Shown piece by piece: positions 11,266 through 22,395 of a stretch of 64,000 nt of DNA (its first letter is position 1; every line of letters begins with the position of its first letter). The notes beneath the pieces are model-generated. The model did not search any database. It saw nothing but the letters and a program-made list of their open reading frames with translations, and had not been told where the DNA came from. The stretch is from Tetramitus jugosus (Eukaryota; Protista; Heterolobosea): positions 387,270-451,269 of the forward strand of contig OW569381.1 of NCBI GenBank assembly GCA_937625935.1, read 5' to 3'. Made by a program: the position numbers and the translations under genes.

Positions 11266-11334
11266 GTCTCTTTGTTGTACAATAAATTGTTGAACACAAA
11301 TCAACATAAACTTTGATGTCTTCACTACTTTTTA

Positions 11335-13446
11335 TTACTGCCCTGCGAGATGCAGCTCTATTGCATCTTGAAATGTTCGGTAGAGGTTTACATGCCTCTT
11401 TTTGTCAGTCTTTCGCCAGCTATTTGCTTCCAGCGGGCGAGCAGAGTTCATGTCTCTGCAGTCAACAAAGGTAAAGGAGCTCGAATTTTCATCTTCTCCC
11501 TTGCTAATGCGCCAGACACTAAAGAGTTTGCCTTGTTGTCTTTCCAGCAACCTTCTTGATTTGGTTGACTGGATTGAGTTTCCTAAACTTGGCTTACTTA
11601 TGATGAAGTATTGCTCTGTTTCTTGGTCGTAAATACAAGATGTCACGAACACAAAATCTCTGGCTCCCCAAAGAGATGATTGACTCATGTGAATAATGGT
11701 CGAAGGATACACAACTAAAGAGTCATCGTCCACACTGTCGCTCGACGGAGATGACTCCTCACTATTGGTTCTGGTGGAGATAGATTCTGACTTGTGAAGT
11801 AGTTGACGATAGGTCAGTGTGCTTACAACTTTCTCCGGAGGAAATGATATTTCTCCCTCTGTTCGATACATTTTCTTCGTCGATCCTGTTGTCACACCAT
11901 CAGAGAATCGACACACCTGCTTACTTTGAAAGCTTTTCGACTTACTCGTACTTGATATTTGTCTCCAGTCGGTCAGAGACATGACAGACTTGGCAAATGT
12001 AAAATCTTCTTCCGTTATTCTTACTTCTTTGGGACTCCAACGTACTATTATGTCCTCTTCTTGACGAGGTGTCAATGATTCAGAACTCTTGGAAGCTTGG
12101 GGAGTATTAGCAGTGTTAGTGATTGAATCTACTGTCGAATATCCGAGTTCTACCCACATTTCCAAAGCAGTCTGGTTATGATTGTTCTTCACATCTGCTC
12201 GGACATCTGTGTCCAATAGAAATAACAATGATAATTCTTGTTGCTTCAACGAGAGGGCTAGATGGAGTGGTGTATTTCCGTGGCGATTTCGTACATTCGA
12301 GTTAATTCCGAGTGAACCAATAAACAATTTGACCATATCAAATTTCTTATTGAGAACAGCAATATGGAGAGGAGTGTTTCCTTGTATATCATCCGGTTCG
12401 TTCAGCAATGTTGATAGGTTAGAGTCTGAAAGATAAGACACCACAATAGCAAGTGACTTCAGATTACCACACTCGGCTATTCTGTGAACAATGTTTTGTC
12501 CATCATGGTCGGATGCCATAAGCCACTTTGTGAGGGATTGTTGTTTCACTTGTTTCATTAGTGAAAGCATGTATGCTAGCTTTTCTGACTGATCGGTACA
12601 ACAGAAGATTGGAGGCTCATCGTGTCTGTTCTTGGGATTTAGAATGATTTTGTCTTTGGCTTCTTGAAGGAATTGGACAAGAGCTTTGAAATCTCCTTTG
12701 CTTGTTAAATGATGAAGAACAGTGTTTCCCATTCTTCCAGATAAATTTACATCGGCACCTGCCAACACGAGTAGTGAAACAATGTCCATTGATCCTCGTC
12801 TTGCAGCCAACAAGAGAGGGAAATTTTCGTGATCATCCTTCAGATTGACCGAAGCTCCGTGGTGTAATAGTGTCAAACAAGCTTTCGTATTACCGTTCAA
12901 ACATGCATAGAACAGAGGGGAGCTTCGCGACTTATCTAGTGTATCTACATTCATATTACAATTCTCAATCAAGTACGATATCATTTCTTCGCAGTCGGGT
13001 CTTCGGGCCAAAAGGTGCAACGGAGAACATTTCATCGTGGAAAGCACCACCTTGTTCACATCGATCGTAAAATCGTTCAGGAAACGAATCATATCTGATA
13101 GGGTACTTTCATTGACAATCGATTCAAAAATTTCATTCGCAGGTGTACCAAACTCTTGAGAAAAGACACTTGACTTGCGAGAGCGTTGTGGTTCTCTCGA
13201 TTCAGGTGACACAACCTCTAATGGAGACCAAATATCTGTTGACTGACTTTGTGTTGATGGACCTGCTGTGTATTCTATATTGCTGCAGGATAGATAGAGA
13301 GACGGTATGGATTGGTGAATGGGATAGGAAGAGGACATTTTGATCGTTTCTCTGTCGTATAGTGGTTGGGCGACTCTACCAAACTCCATGGGTCGAAGAG
13401 TATCTTCTATGACTTGCTTTAGAGCTTCACGAATCGTGGTTTTCAT
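11335..13446 (-). CDS. Ankyrin-repeat protein with C-terminal START-like domain
   Basis: Multiple GNTPLH/SPLH ankyrin repeats. The C-terminal WGARDFVFV resembles the START-domain RDF motif. Confidence 0.75.
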   Translation of the reverse strand: MKTTIREALKQVIEDTLRPMEFGRVAQPLYDRETIKMSSSYPIHQSIPSLYLSCSNIEYTAGPSTQSQSTDIWSPLEVVSPESREPQRSRKSSVFSQEFGTPANEIFESIVNESTLSDMIRFLNDFTIDVNKVVLSTMKCSPLHLLARRPDCEEMISYLIENCNMNVDTLDKSRSSPLFYACLNGNTKACLTLLHHGASVNLKDDHENFPLLLAARRGSMDIVSLLVLAGADVNLSGRMGNTVLHHLTSKGDFKALVQFLQEAKDKIILNPKNRHDEPPIFCCTDQSEKLAYMLSLMKQVKQQSLTKWLMASDHDGQNIVHRIAECGNLKSLAIVVSYLSDSNLSTLLNEPDDIQGNTPLHIAVLNKKFDMVKLFIGSLGINSNVRNRHGNTPLHLALSLKQQELSLLFLLDTDVRADVKNNHNQTALEMWVELGYSTVDSITNTANTPQASKSSESLTPRQEEDIIVRWSPKEVRITEEDFTFAKSVMSLTDWRQISSTSKSKSFQSKQVCRFSDGVTTGSTKKMYRTEGEISFPPEKVVSTLTYRQLLHKSESISTRTNSEESSPSSDSVDDDSLVVYPSTIIHMSQSSLWGARDFVFVTSCIYDQETEQYFIISKPSLGNSIQSTKSRRLLERQQGKLFSVWRISKGEDENSSSFTFVDCRDMNSARPLEANSWRKTDKKRHVNLYRTFQDAIELHLAGQ

Positions 13447-13842
13447 GGAAAGGTTCAGTATAAGAGTAACAGGATTTCAATTGTTTGTTTTTGTTTCTGT
13501 TGTTTTGTTGATGTGACTTTCAATGAAGAGGTCATCTATGCCTTAGCTGCCAATGATCATTTGTGGATTCAACACAAGATGAAGATTCGTGGGTGATAGG
13601 TTGTTGCGAATGGTTAATTTTAGGGTCAAAGGTTTTCCTCACCTGGATGATGGAGAGATATCTTCCTCGAAATTAGACCACTTTTTCCTCCTTCAATGTT
13701 CCAAACCTGTCACCGGAGTTCCACCTTTGAAAAATAGGAAATTTACACATCAACACACCTGCAGAGTCACAAACACGGATTATTCACAGGTGATTGCTTA
13801 GATTTCATCTGTCACCCAATAGAAGAGAATAATAACACCTTT

Positions 13843-15918
13843 TTAATCTTCTAGTTTTTGAACTTTGCCTCCTCTGCCTCTTGCAGGAGGTCCTCCCTTT
13901 CTCATATTATTGACCTTCTTTCCAATGAAATCATTATCTACATCTAACTCCTTCTTCAATTTATCAAATGCCTCAATGACCTTACTTTCATCAGCATCAT
14001 CAGCATCATCTATTTTGTTGATCATGTCTGATACTTCATCATTTTCGAGCTTGGTCTTCTGAGTGGCTCTTCTTGGTCTTGAAGAGGAAACAGCTGACTT
14101 TACAGGTTGTGATTCTTCGCTGTCAAGTTTGGCAGCAGCACGTCGAGGAGGTCCAGTTGATTGAGGTTTAACTGGTGCAGGCGCAGGTGCTTCATCTTCA
14201 TCATCACTATCTCCTGCTAGCTTCGTAGATTTCTTCACTGGTCTCTTTGAAATCTTTGGCCTTGGAGCACTGATTGATGCGAGCTCGCTCTCATCGTCAG
14301 AGTCAGCAAGCGTAGTCTTCTTTGAACGACCTGACTTGGTGAGAGCTTGTTGAGAAGATGTTGTCTTGGGTTGATCCAATTCAAATGTAAGCTCTTCTGG
14401 TTCAAGTTCTTCTGGCTCCAATTCAGTTTCTTCGTCCTCTGTTGATTGATTCTCTCCGCGACCTGAACCTCCTGCAATAATGGTCAATAGCTTCTTCAAG
14501 CCTCCCAACTTTTTGATCAACATCTTATTCTTGTTATCAGCACTGAGATTCCACAGAGCACCAGCAATGTTCTCCTTTGCCTCTTGACATACGTCCTCCT
14601 TGTCCAACAATTGCACAAGCAATTGTATTCCACCATTTTCTCTGAGAGTTGTTTGGACCTTCTTGCTCAATGAGAGATTCAAGAGAGCACCGGCCGCCTT
14701 CTCCAACAACTCATCATGATTATAGCTCTGCATCACGTGCAACAAATTGTCGATTCCACCACCTTCAAGAACTTCGACCTTGGCTTCCTCTGGATATGAC
14801 AGAACAGCAATAGCTGATGCCACATTCACCAACATATCCACACTCTCGTCCACAGTCAACAAAGGAATCAACTTTTCAAATGCACCCATTTGTCTAAACA
14901 TGGCAGCACTGTCCGTGTCAATCGACTGTGCATAAATTGCACCAGTCACCTTCTCCAATGCATCCACCATGCCACAATCCAACAGTGCAAACAACGGTTC
15001 AAGTGCACCACTCTCCCGAATCACATTTCTGTTCTCTTCATTGTTAGCCAGATTCCACAATGCCATGGCCACATTGGTCTGCAACTCCAACTCGTCCTGA
15101 TAGCCCAACAATTGAATAATGCGCTCCAGTCCTCCCATCTCTCCAATCATTTGTCCAATTTCGTCCAGTGCAGCAATACCGGCAATCACAACGCACGCAT
15201 TGGCAATCACTTCGGAATAACCACAGTCGAACAAGGAGAAAATTTTTTCGACAATGGATCGATCGTTGAAGAATGGTTTGCTATCGTCTGATACGGCCAT
15301 ATTCCACAGGCATCCACTACCTCTTTGCATCACTTCAGGGTCCACTCCCTCTTCAGTGATCAAATGAGTCACCAGTTTGACAGCATTGAGCTTTGTGGCC
15401 AGTTCAATGGCACATGATTCATCAGAACTGATGGCAGCCAACGCACCCATCGTGTATTGCAACGTTGTCGTATCATTCTTGATGAGAGCTTTTTGAAGGA
15501 GTTGAACAAGTCGTTGCAATCCATCACTCTCAATGACCTTGGGAGCTACTGATGGTTCAGCAGCCAAATTATTGAGCGCACCAGCTGCGTACTGTGCCAC
15601 ATTGTCATTCGCATGACTCAACAATTTACAAATGGCGGGAACAGCGTCGGGGAATTGTGAAATTTGGGCGCGATTCGCATCGGTTGTCGAACAGTTGAGC
15701 AAAGCACCACAGGCTCTCAACACGAGATTATCAGGATACTTTTCAGAATCCAAATACTGTACAAACACTTGCAGTCCACCATACTCACTGATCCACTCTT
15801 GTTTCTCAGGGTCAGAGCTATGATTGAGAAGAGAGCCAATGAGACGAGATTTGGTGTCGTTGGAGGCAGTTGGTGCTTGAACGGCCTCGATTAAACTCTT
15901 GATTTCGGAGGCTGACAT
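13843..15918 (-). CDS. Armadillo-repeat protein with disordered acidic/basic tail
   Basis: Repeated AAGALxNL/GALWNLS...GGL..L..LL armadillo repeats. Confidence 0.85.
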   Translation of the reverse strand: MSASEIKSLIEAVQAPTASNDTKSRLIGSLLNHSSDPEKQEWISEYGGLQVFVQYLDSEKYPDNLVLRACGALLNCSTTDANRAQISQFPDAVPAICKLLSHANDNVAQYAAGALNNLAAEPSVAPKVIESDGLQRLVQLLQKALIKNDTTTLQYTMGALAAISSDESCAIELATKLNAVKLVTHLITEEGVDPEVMQRGSGCLWNMAVSDDSKPFFNDRSIVEKIFSLFDCGYSEVIANACVVIAGIAALDEIGQMIGEMGGLERIIQLLGYQDELELQTNVAMALWNLANNEENRNVIRESGALEPLFALLDCGMVDALEKVTGAIYAQSIDTDSAAMFRQMGAFEKLIPLLTVDESVDMLVNVASAIAVLSYPEEAKVEVLEGGGIDNLLHVMQSYNHDELLEKAAGALLNLSLSKKVQTTLRENGGIQLLVQLLDKEDVCQEAKENIAGALWNLSADNKNKMLIKKLGGLKKLLTIIAGGSGRGENQSTEDEETELEPEELEPEELTFELDQPKTTSSQQALTKSGRSKKTTLADSDDESELASISAPRPKISKRPVKKSTKLAGDSDDEDEAPAPAPVKPQSTGPPRRAAAKLDSEESQPVKSAVSSSRPRRATQKTKLENDEVSDMINKIDDADDADESKVIEAFDKLKKELDVDNDFIGKKVNNMRKGGPPARGRGGKVQKLED

Positions 15919-16229
15919 TGTTATGATGTTTTTTTATGTGTTTTTGGTTTATTGTTGTGTTGGTGTCTGATGGTTTCTGACATTTGACAAGGAGGAGTAA
16001 TGTCGCACTGTTTGATGTCGATTAGGAAACTGTAGAGTCGAGAAGGAACCGCTCTGGTGGCTTTGGACTTTGTTGTCACCTTTGTGACGTCAATCTCCAT
16101 GCCACCTGTATCTTACTGGTGAACGTTCACAGATTTTTGTTCTCCAGAACTGAACCCTCGGAACTGGCTACGAGGATAAAAAGGTGGCGCGACCTGATGT
16201 TCTCGGCCACCAAACAAGAACAAAACACA

Positions 16230-17147
16230 ATGGACAATACTGAATCTCAAACAGCAGATATACTTGCCAAGAAGGCGGATCATATTCTAAGTAAACTCCT
16301 CTACTGGGGAGACAGAAATCAAGATGCTGTTGAACTGTATGAAAGAGCAGCAAACATGTACAGAATGGACAAACAATGGGTTGAATCCGCTTTGTGTTTT
16401 GAAAAATGTGCACAGTGTTATGACACTATGAAGGAGGGCCTGTTAAAATCTGAGGCTTGCAAATCTGCAGCTCTATGTTACCTTCGAACGAAATCCCACT
16501 CGGACACTGCTCTCAATCTCATGCAGGAAGCTCTCAAAATTCATTTGGAGAGAGGTGCTTTTGATTCTGCTGGTCGAATGGCAGAACAAATTGCTGAAAC
16601 GATTAAAAATGAATTGGGGAACCAAAAGGATTCAATTGCAATGTATCAAAAGGCTCTGGATTGCTATGACGCACAGAATATGGTACCGTTGGTTATCAAG
16701 ATACAGACCAAGATGGCTCACATGTATGCCTCGATAGATCAATTCAATGACGCACTTCAACTCTTTGAAACATTGGGAGAGACAGATAGTCTGAACAAGT
16801 ATCGGTCCAAGGATTACTTCATGAAGGCAGTGTTATGTCAATTCGCTCAACTCAAACCTGCTGATTTTATGGATGAAGAGTTGGAGAGAATTCAAAAGAA
16901 GCTCCTGTACTACTTGGACACAAGTTTGTACTTTAATGGTTCTTTCCAGCATACCCTCGTATCAGAGATCCTGACTAGCTTCCAGAAGAGAGATTCCAAA
17001 GTGTTTACTGAAGCTGTTACTAAATGCGACAGAACTCAAAAATTCGATGATTGGATGGTTCAAATTCTTGTCACAGTCAAGAAAGTGCTGTTGGCTATGG
17101 AAGAAGGAGAGATGTTAGGATATGATGATTTCGTTGATCTAACCTAG
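16230..17147 (+). CDS. Alpha-SNAP (NSF attachment protein) homolog
   Basis: AVELYERAANMYRM, AGRMAEQIAE, YFMKAVLC, KFDDW and a C-terminal DLT. Confidence 0.8.
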   Translation: MDNTESQTADILAKKADHILSKLLYWGDRNQDAVELYERAANMYRMDKQWVESALCFEKCAQCYDTMKEGLLKSEACKSAALCYLRTKSHSDTALNLMQEALKIHLERGAFDSAGRMAEQIAETIKNELGNQKDSIAMYQKALDCYDAQNMVPLVIKIQTKMAHMYASIDQFNDALQLFETLGETDSLNKYRSKDYFMKAVLCQFAQLKPADFMDEELERIQKKLLYYLDTSLYFNGSFQHTLVSEILTSFQKRDSKVFTEAVTKCDRTQKFDDWMVQILVTVKKVLLAMEEGEMLGYDDFVDLT

Positions 17148-17639
17148 TTGTATATCAAGACCAGTGTGCAGTACAAACGAGCACATTTTCACTTAAGGTG
17201 ACCGTTCAATTGGCAAGAAATCGAAAAATACAATGAACCGCAACCTTAAGACAATGATTTACTTCCAAGAGATAAAAGTATGAACTAACGCTGTTGTATT
17301 TTAGTTCGTTGAAATCCTCTTCGTTTTTTGTGTGTACAAAATGGCTTGATCAGGTTTTCATTCGATGGGCCCCAAAATGAAAAGACAAGATTTCAGGTGC
17401 GTGTTATGATGCCAAACTTGTCCAAACTATCTATCTCCCTTGGAAATCGATAATACTCACACTCAATATGAGTTGTTGCAACCAAATCATTGATAGTGCA
17501 TTTCTTCATTTGGTTGGCATTCACACACTCGACTTCTCTTGATTGAAACTTGATAGCACCCATTCCTATCGAGTGCTATGAGAGAACTTCAACAACGAGA
17601 AAACGTGAAATAGAAGCAAGCATTTTGACTGTCATGTCA

Positions 17640-19320
17640 CATTCTTGGTAGCATCAAATGGTTTGTTCAACAGTAGAATATTCCTTCTCAACCGGAGACG
17701 CCACAGTTTGTTCAGTTGGACTCTGGTGAATTCAAAGACAAGTTCTTCACAGATTGACAGCCAAAATGATTTTTATTCTTGGATGAATTTCTTGTGGAGT
17801 TTCGAAGTATTTGACTCATGGTTCGTTGGTGATTTTTGAATCTAGTTAAAGTTTTACTTGAAAATTTCGTAATTCGAGTTTCCTCCCTAGAATATGTACC
17901 TGCAAACCTATGCTGAAAAGATAGAGAATGACAAACAAGAATGATTGTAGTTGACTAAAAGGATAAGGATTGTGATGACGCACGAGACAGGAAACAATCC
18001 CGTCTGATTGCTAGCTACTGTTCCATGACGTTCATATCTTGAACTACCTTTCTCGTTTGTTTCTTCAACTTGTGTTTCAATTTGTTTGTTTCATTGACTT
18101 TCCCTCATTTCATTCAAACTACATGAGCTTGTTTCGTTCTCCTTTGAACTTGATTCCTTCATCCCTGAAAAGATTGTATATTTCTTAGATTGATCGTTCT
18201 CCATCATTCAATTTCAACAATGTTTCGTAGTTGTACTCCCAACTAAAACTTTGTACCATATCCGATAAGAATAGCACGAACTAAATTCGAAGCATGCGAG
18301 TAGCCACACATTGAAAGACCAGTTCCTGGAGTAATTCTCCCTTGTCTGTGATGTCTTTCCTCAGGTGGTTGTTCAGCGCAATGAGAGGTGCGTCTATTCT
18401 GTCCTTGAGATACATTGTGAAGTATCTTGGTAGAGATACCTTCATCAATGGAGAATCTTTCTGGTAGTTTTCAAGAAGATACTAGCTCCATTATGGGATA
18501 GGCGAAGCTTGACTCTTGATGACGATCTTGAGTTCCATATCCAAGGGTACACCTAAATTTGCGACCAGAAGTAATTTAGATACCAATGAATTCATCCACT
18601 CACGATGCGTGTATGGAGGATTGGTTGTTGGTTGTTGAGTGCCAGGAGGAGTCATGTTGTGTAATTGTGATGGCGCATAGTCCCGGGGGTTTGATAGTGG
18701 GTGGGGCAGGTGAAGCCATTCCCATTTGAGAATAATATTGAGAATACTGTTGCCAGAAAGCATAATTTTGTGCATCGTAGGCACCTCCACCAGTAGTAGT
18801 AGTGGGATAACTGGGATAGACTGCTGTTGGTACCATTAGGTCAAGACCTATCTGTCGATTGTAACCTTCTTGTTCAAAAAATTGATCAAGGATGTCTTCC
18901 CATCGAATTTACATTCGTTTTCGAGCTTGAACAGACCTAGTAAAGCAAGGGATACATTCCTAGCAATTCTTGGGATACCTGAGGAGTAAGAATCGCAATA
19001 GGTAAAAAAGTCGGTGACCACTGTGGCATCGTACCCACATAGGTATCGCAAGATATCGAACGATGGTGTACAAAAGTTTTCATGTTGGATACTCACCTCA
19101 GTTAATTTGAGGCTTGTCTGGACATGGTCAGGAGTCAACCCGGGTAAAGTAATAGAAAGATAATTTGTTGGTGAATGTCCGTCCATATTGGAACGGAACC
19201 CTTTCCAATCAATGTAAATAAAGAACTCCTTCCTGCAACTATTGTAAATATTCTATCGTATTCCATAGATACAGAAACATATTGGGAAGCCGATCTTTTT
19301 CATGATGTCCTGTATAGATG
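17640..19320 (-). pseudogene. Decayed, chimeric coding remnants (several short frameshifted ORFs)
   Basis: Same-strand ORF pieces 18848-19186, 18600-18836 and 18491-18790 have coding-like composition but many stops. Family not identified. Confidence 0.35.
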
Positions 19321-19538
19321 AGATTTAGATAGAACTACTACAATGATTAATATCCTAGGATCTAGAGAATTAAGAATACCCTTTGAAAACTAATGTCCTT
19401 AAAAACCAAGTAATCTTTGTGTGCACCAACCTGTCCATTTATCTTAACGCACGGCAAGAAAATTTGGAGCCAAAATTTAGGTCCTGTTACGATACTTAGA
19501 AACAACATTCTTTGGCATCAACAACAAAAACAGGCAGA

Positions 19539-21071
19539 ATGAAAAAACGCGAACGCTCAGAGCACCTAAAAAATACTGACGCAACAAGCAAACGAAAGAA
19601 AAGAAATGAAATTGAGGAGTGGAAAAATGAAATGATTGACATTTGTTCAGAAGTTTGCAGAGACGTGTGGTCAGCAATCATTGAGTTTTGTGCCACTCCT
19701 GAATGGTTGCAATTGAGTTACACTTGCAAAGGAATCAATCAATTCAAATTCAATCGATTGCTCATGTCCAACAAGGTGAGAACACTAAAACAAAATTTGA
19801 AAGAAGATGAGATTGAACGCCTGTTTCGATTGGGAAAAGGAACACTGTTCAATGTTCACTTGAACAAGAATATTAATGTGACGATTGGTCATTTTCGACT
19901 GTTGGAAGGAATTCACACACTCAATATAAGTCATTGTTTTCAAATATCTGGCTGCGCTCTCTGTCACTTGACTGGTATTCACAAGCTTGATATGAGTCAT
20001 TGCGAGAGAATTACAGACGGAGCATTCTCTCATTTAGCTGGTATTCATACACTCAATATGAGTCATTGCGAGAGAATTACGGACAATGCATTTTCTCATT
20101 TAACTGGCATTCACACACTCGATATGAGTTATTGCAAGCAAATCACAGATAATGCACTTTCTCATTTGGCTGGTGTTCACACACTTAACATAAGTCATTG
20201 CGAGAGAATTACAGACGAAGTATTTCCACATTTAGCTGGTATTCACACACTCAATATCAGTGGTTGCAATCAAATCACAGACAATGTATTTCATCATTTG
20301 ACTGGCATTCATACACTCAATATAAGTCAGTGTAACCAAGTTACAAACAAAGCATTCCCATATTTGACTGGGATTCACACACTCGCTATGAGTTGTTGCA
20401 ATCAAATCACAGACGACATTTTTCCTTATTTGGCTGGTATTCACAGACTTGACATAAGTCATTGCGAGAGAATTACAGACAAAGCATTTTCACATTTAGC
20501 TGGTATTCACACACTCAATATCAGTGGTTGTGAGCAAATCACAGACAATGTATTTCATCATTTGACTGGCATTCACACACTCAATATAAGTCATTGTAAC
20601 CAAATTACAGACAAAGCATTTCCGCATTTGGTTGGTATTCACACACTCAGCATGAATTGTTGCAGGCAAGTCACAGATAGTGCATTTTCGCATTTGATTG
20701 GTATCCACACCCTGTCCATGAATAGCTGCAATCAAATCACAGATAAGGCATTCCCATACTTGACTGGTATTCACACACTCAATATGAGTTGTTGCAACCA
20801 AATCACTGATAGTGCATTTGCTCATTTGGTTGGCATTCACACGCTCAACATGATTCATTGCAAGCAAATCACAGACAATGCGTTTTATCATTTGGCTGGC
20901 ATTCACACACTCAATATGAGTTTTTGCAAGAAAATAACAGATCAAACCCTCTCTCATTTGGCTGGCATTCATACACTTGATATGAATGGGTGCTATCAAG
21001 ATTCAAGCACAGAGAAGTCGCTAGTTTATTTGAAGGGTATCCACACACTCGCTCATGGCTATGCCTACTAG
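19539..21071 (+). CDS. F-box-like plus 22-aa leucine-rich-repeat protein (17 full GIHTLNxSxCxxITDxAFxHLx repeats)
   Basis: 66-bp tandem repeat from about 19908 to 21050. N-terminal VWSAIIEFC...LSYTCK is F-box-like. Confidence 0.85.
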   Translation: MKKRERSEHLKNTDATSKRKKRNEIEEWKNEMIDICSEVCRDVWSAIIEFCATPEWLQLSYTCKGINQFKFNRLLMSNKVRTLKQNLKEDEIERLFRLGKGTLFNVHLNKNINVTIGHFRLLEGIHTLNISHCFQISGCALCHLTGIHKLDMSHCERITDGAFSHLAGIHTLNMSHCERITDNAFSHLTGIHTLDMSYCKQITDNALSHLAGVHTLNISHCERITDEVFPHLAGIHTLNISGCNQITDNVFHHLTGIHTLNISQCNQVTNKAFPYLTGIHTLAMSCCNQITDDIFPYLAGIHRLDISHCERITDKAFSHLAGIHTLNISGCEQITDNVFHHLTGIHTLNISHCNQITDKAFPHLVGIHTLSMNCCRQVTDSAFSHLIGIHTLSMNSCNQITDKAFPYLTGIHTLNMSCCNQITDSAFAHLVGIHTLNMIHCKQITDNAFYHLAGIHTLNMSFCKKITDQTLSHLAGIHTLDMNGCYQDSSTEKSLVYLKGIHTLAHGYAY

Positions 21072-21779
21072 TCTACGAACATATCTCGAATCACGATCCA
21101 TCCAGGATAGAATTGTGAATGATTTACCCCACCTCAATCTCAAGATAGTCCCGCACAGCGCACTCTAGCTCTGATGCAACTGCGAGCACACCAGTGAGAT
21201 TGATCGATCCTGTGAACAAAGGTTGAAAGAATACACCTTGTGTGTTTATCAGTTTTCATAGGTATCATGACTGGTCTCTGTGTCAAGTTCACTGAACAAG
21301 CTTCTGGGATGACTTGATCACAATACATCGGCAAGTTCACAGACTGATTTAAAGAGTCTAAGTCGTTTACTTCTCTTGTAGATCTGCAGCGCATTGAGAT
21401 CACCGATGTTTCACTTATGTTCCCAGGTTCTTTCTTCCACATACTGTATCTCACTCCGCATTGGATTCCACTGAAGCAAGAGTATGAGTTTCAAGAACCC
21501 AATCAACAACTGCAGTCCAAACACCTGGCAACAATGACATGTCTTCAGCTGCTGAGGATGAATACACTCTTGTCAAGATGTCTCTTTGCGTTGGGCTTAA
21601 CAGTTTTCACAGAAACCAAACGTCAAACCTGGTTTAGTGTGTGACCGATCTTGCGCAGGCACCGCGTTAACTATACCACTAGATTTTTGTAATTAAATAC
21701 AACAATAATAAAACATTCGTTACTCACACCATACAAAAAACACTAATCTCAGACCGAGCTTTCTGTCGCTTGACCATGA

Positions 21780-22070
21780 CCGGTATTCACAAGCTTGATA
21801 TGAGTCATTGCAAGACACAGACAAAGCACTCCCATATTTGCTGGTATTCACACATTCAATATGAGCTGTAGTGAGAGAATTACAGATAATGGACTCACTC
21901 ATTTGGTCGGTATTCACAAATTCTTTGTGAGTAGGTGCGAGCAAATCACAGGCATTTTCTCATTTGACTGGCATTCGCTCACTCACTATGAATCATTGCA
22001 GAAAGATTACAGACAAGGCATTTCCTCATTTCCTCCACTATTCACTTACACTATCCAAGCGGTATTCACG
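21780..22070 (+). pseudogene. Deletion-riddled remnant of the same 22-aa LRR repeat
   Basis: GGTATTCACAAGCTTGATATGAGTCATTGC, GAGAGAATTACAGATAAT and similar segments are near-identical to units in 19908-21050 but frameshifted. Confidence 0.8.
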
Positions 22071-22395
22071 AATGTTGATGTTTCAACTCAAGTATGCTCG
22101 TGGGAGCCGGAGTTTCGAAAGTGTTTGACTCCTAGTTCGTTTGTGATGTTTGAATGAAGTCGAAGTTGGACTTGTAAATTTCATGGCTCAAGTCTAATTT
22201 CTTCCAAGATGATCTTTGTTTCAAGATAATTGTTCAGTTCCTATAGGGACTATCTCATCTGATTGGAATTCCCCATAACGAAAATAAGAAGTACTTGTGT
22301 TGATGTTGCACAAGAGAAGAGCAATAGTTTTTGGTGATAGAAGAGATGATCATTGACTGTTTCAATATCCCGACTGTTTTGTAAGTAAAAACTCC

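Noticed and set aside
9387-11293. Many overlapping and antisense ORFs over low-complexity genes (also over YME1, the ARM gene, the MFS gene and the aldehyde-oxidase-like gene)
   Set aside because: Shadow frames of CAA/ACT-rich coding sequence.
19908-21050. 66-bp periodic repeat as a CRISPR or guide array
   Set aside because: Fully explained by in-frame 22-aa LRR coding repeats. The antisense ORFs there are shadows.
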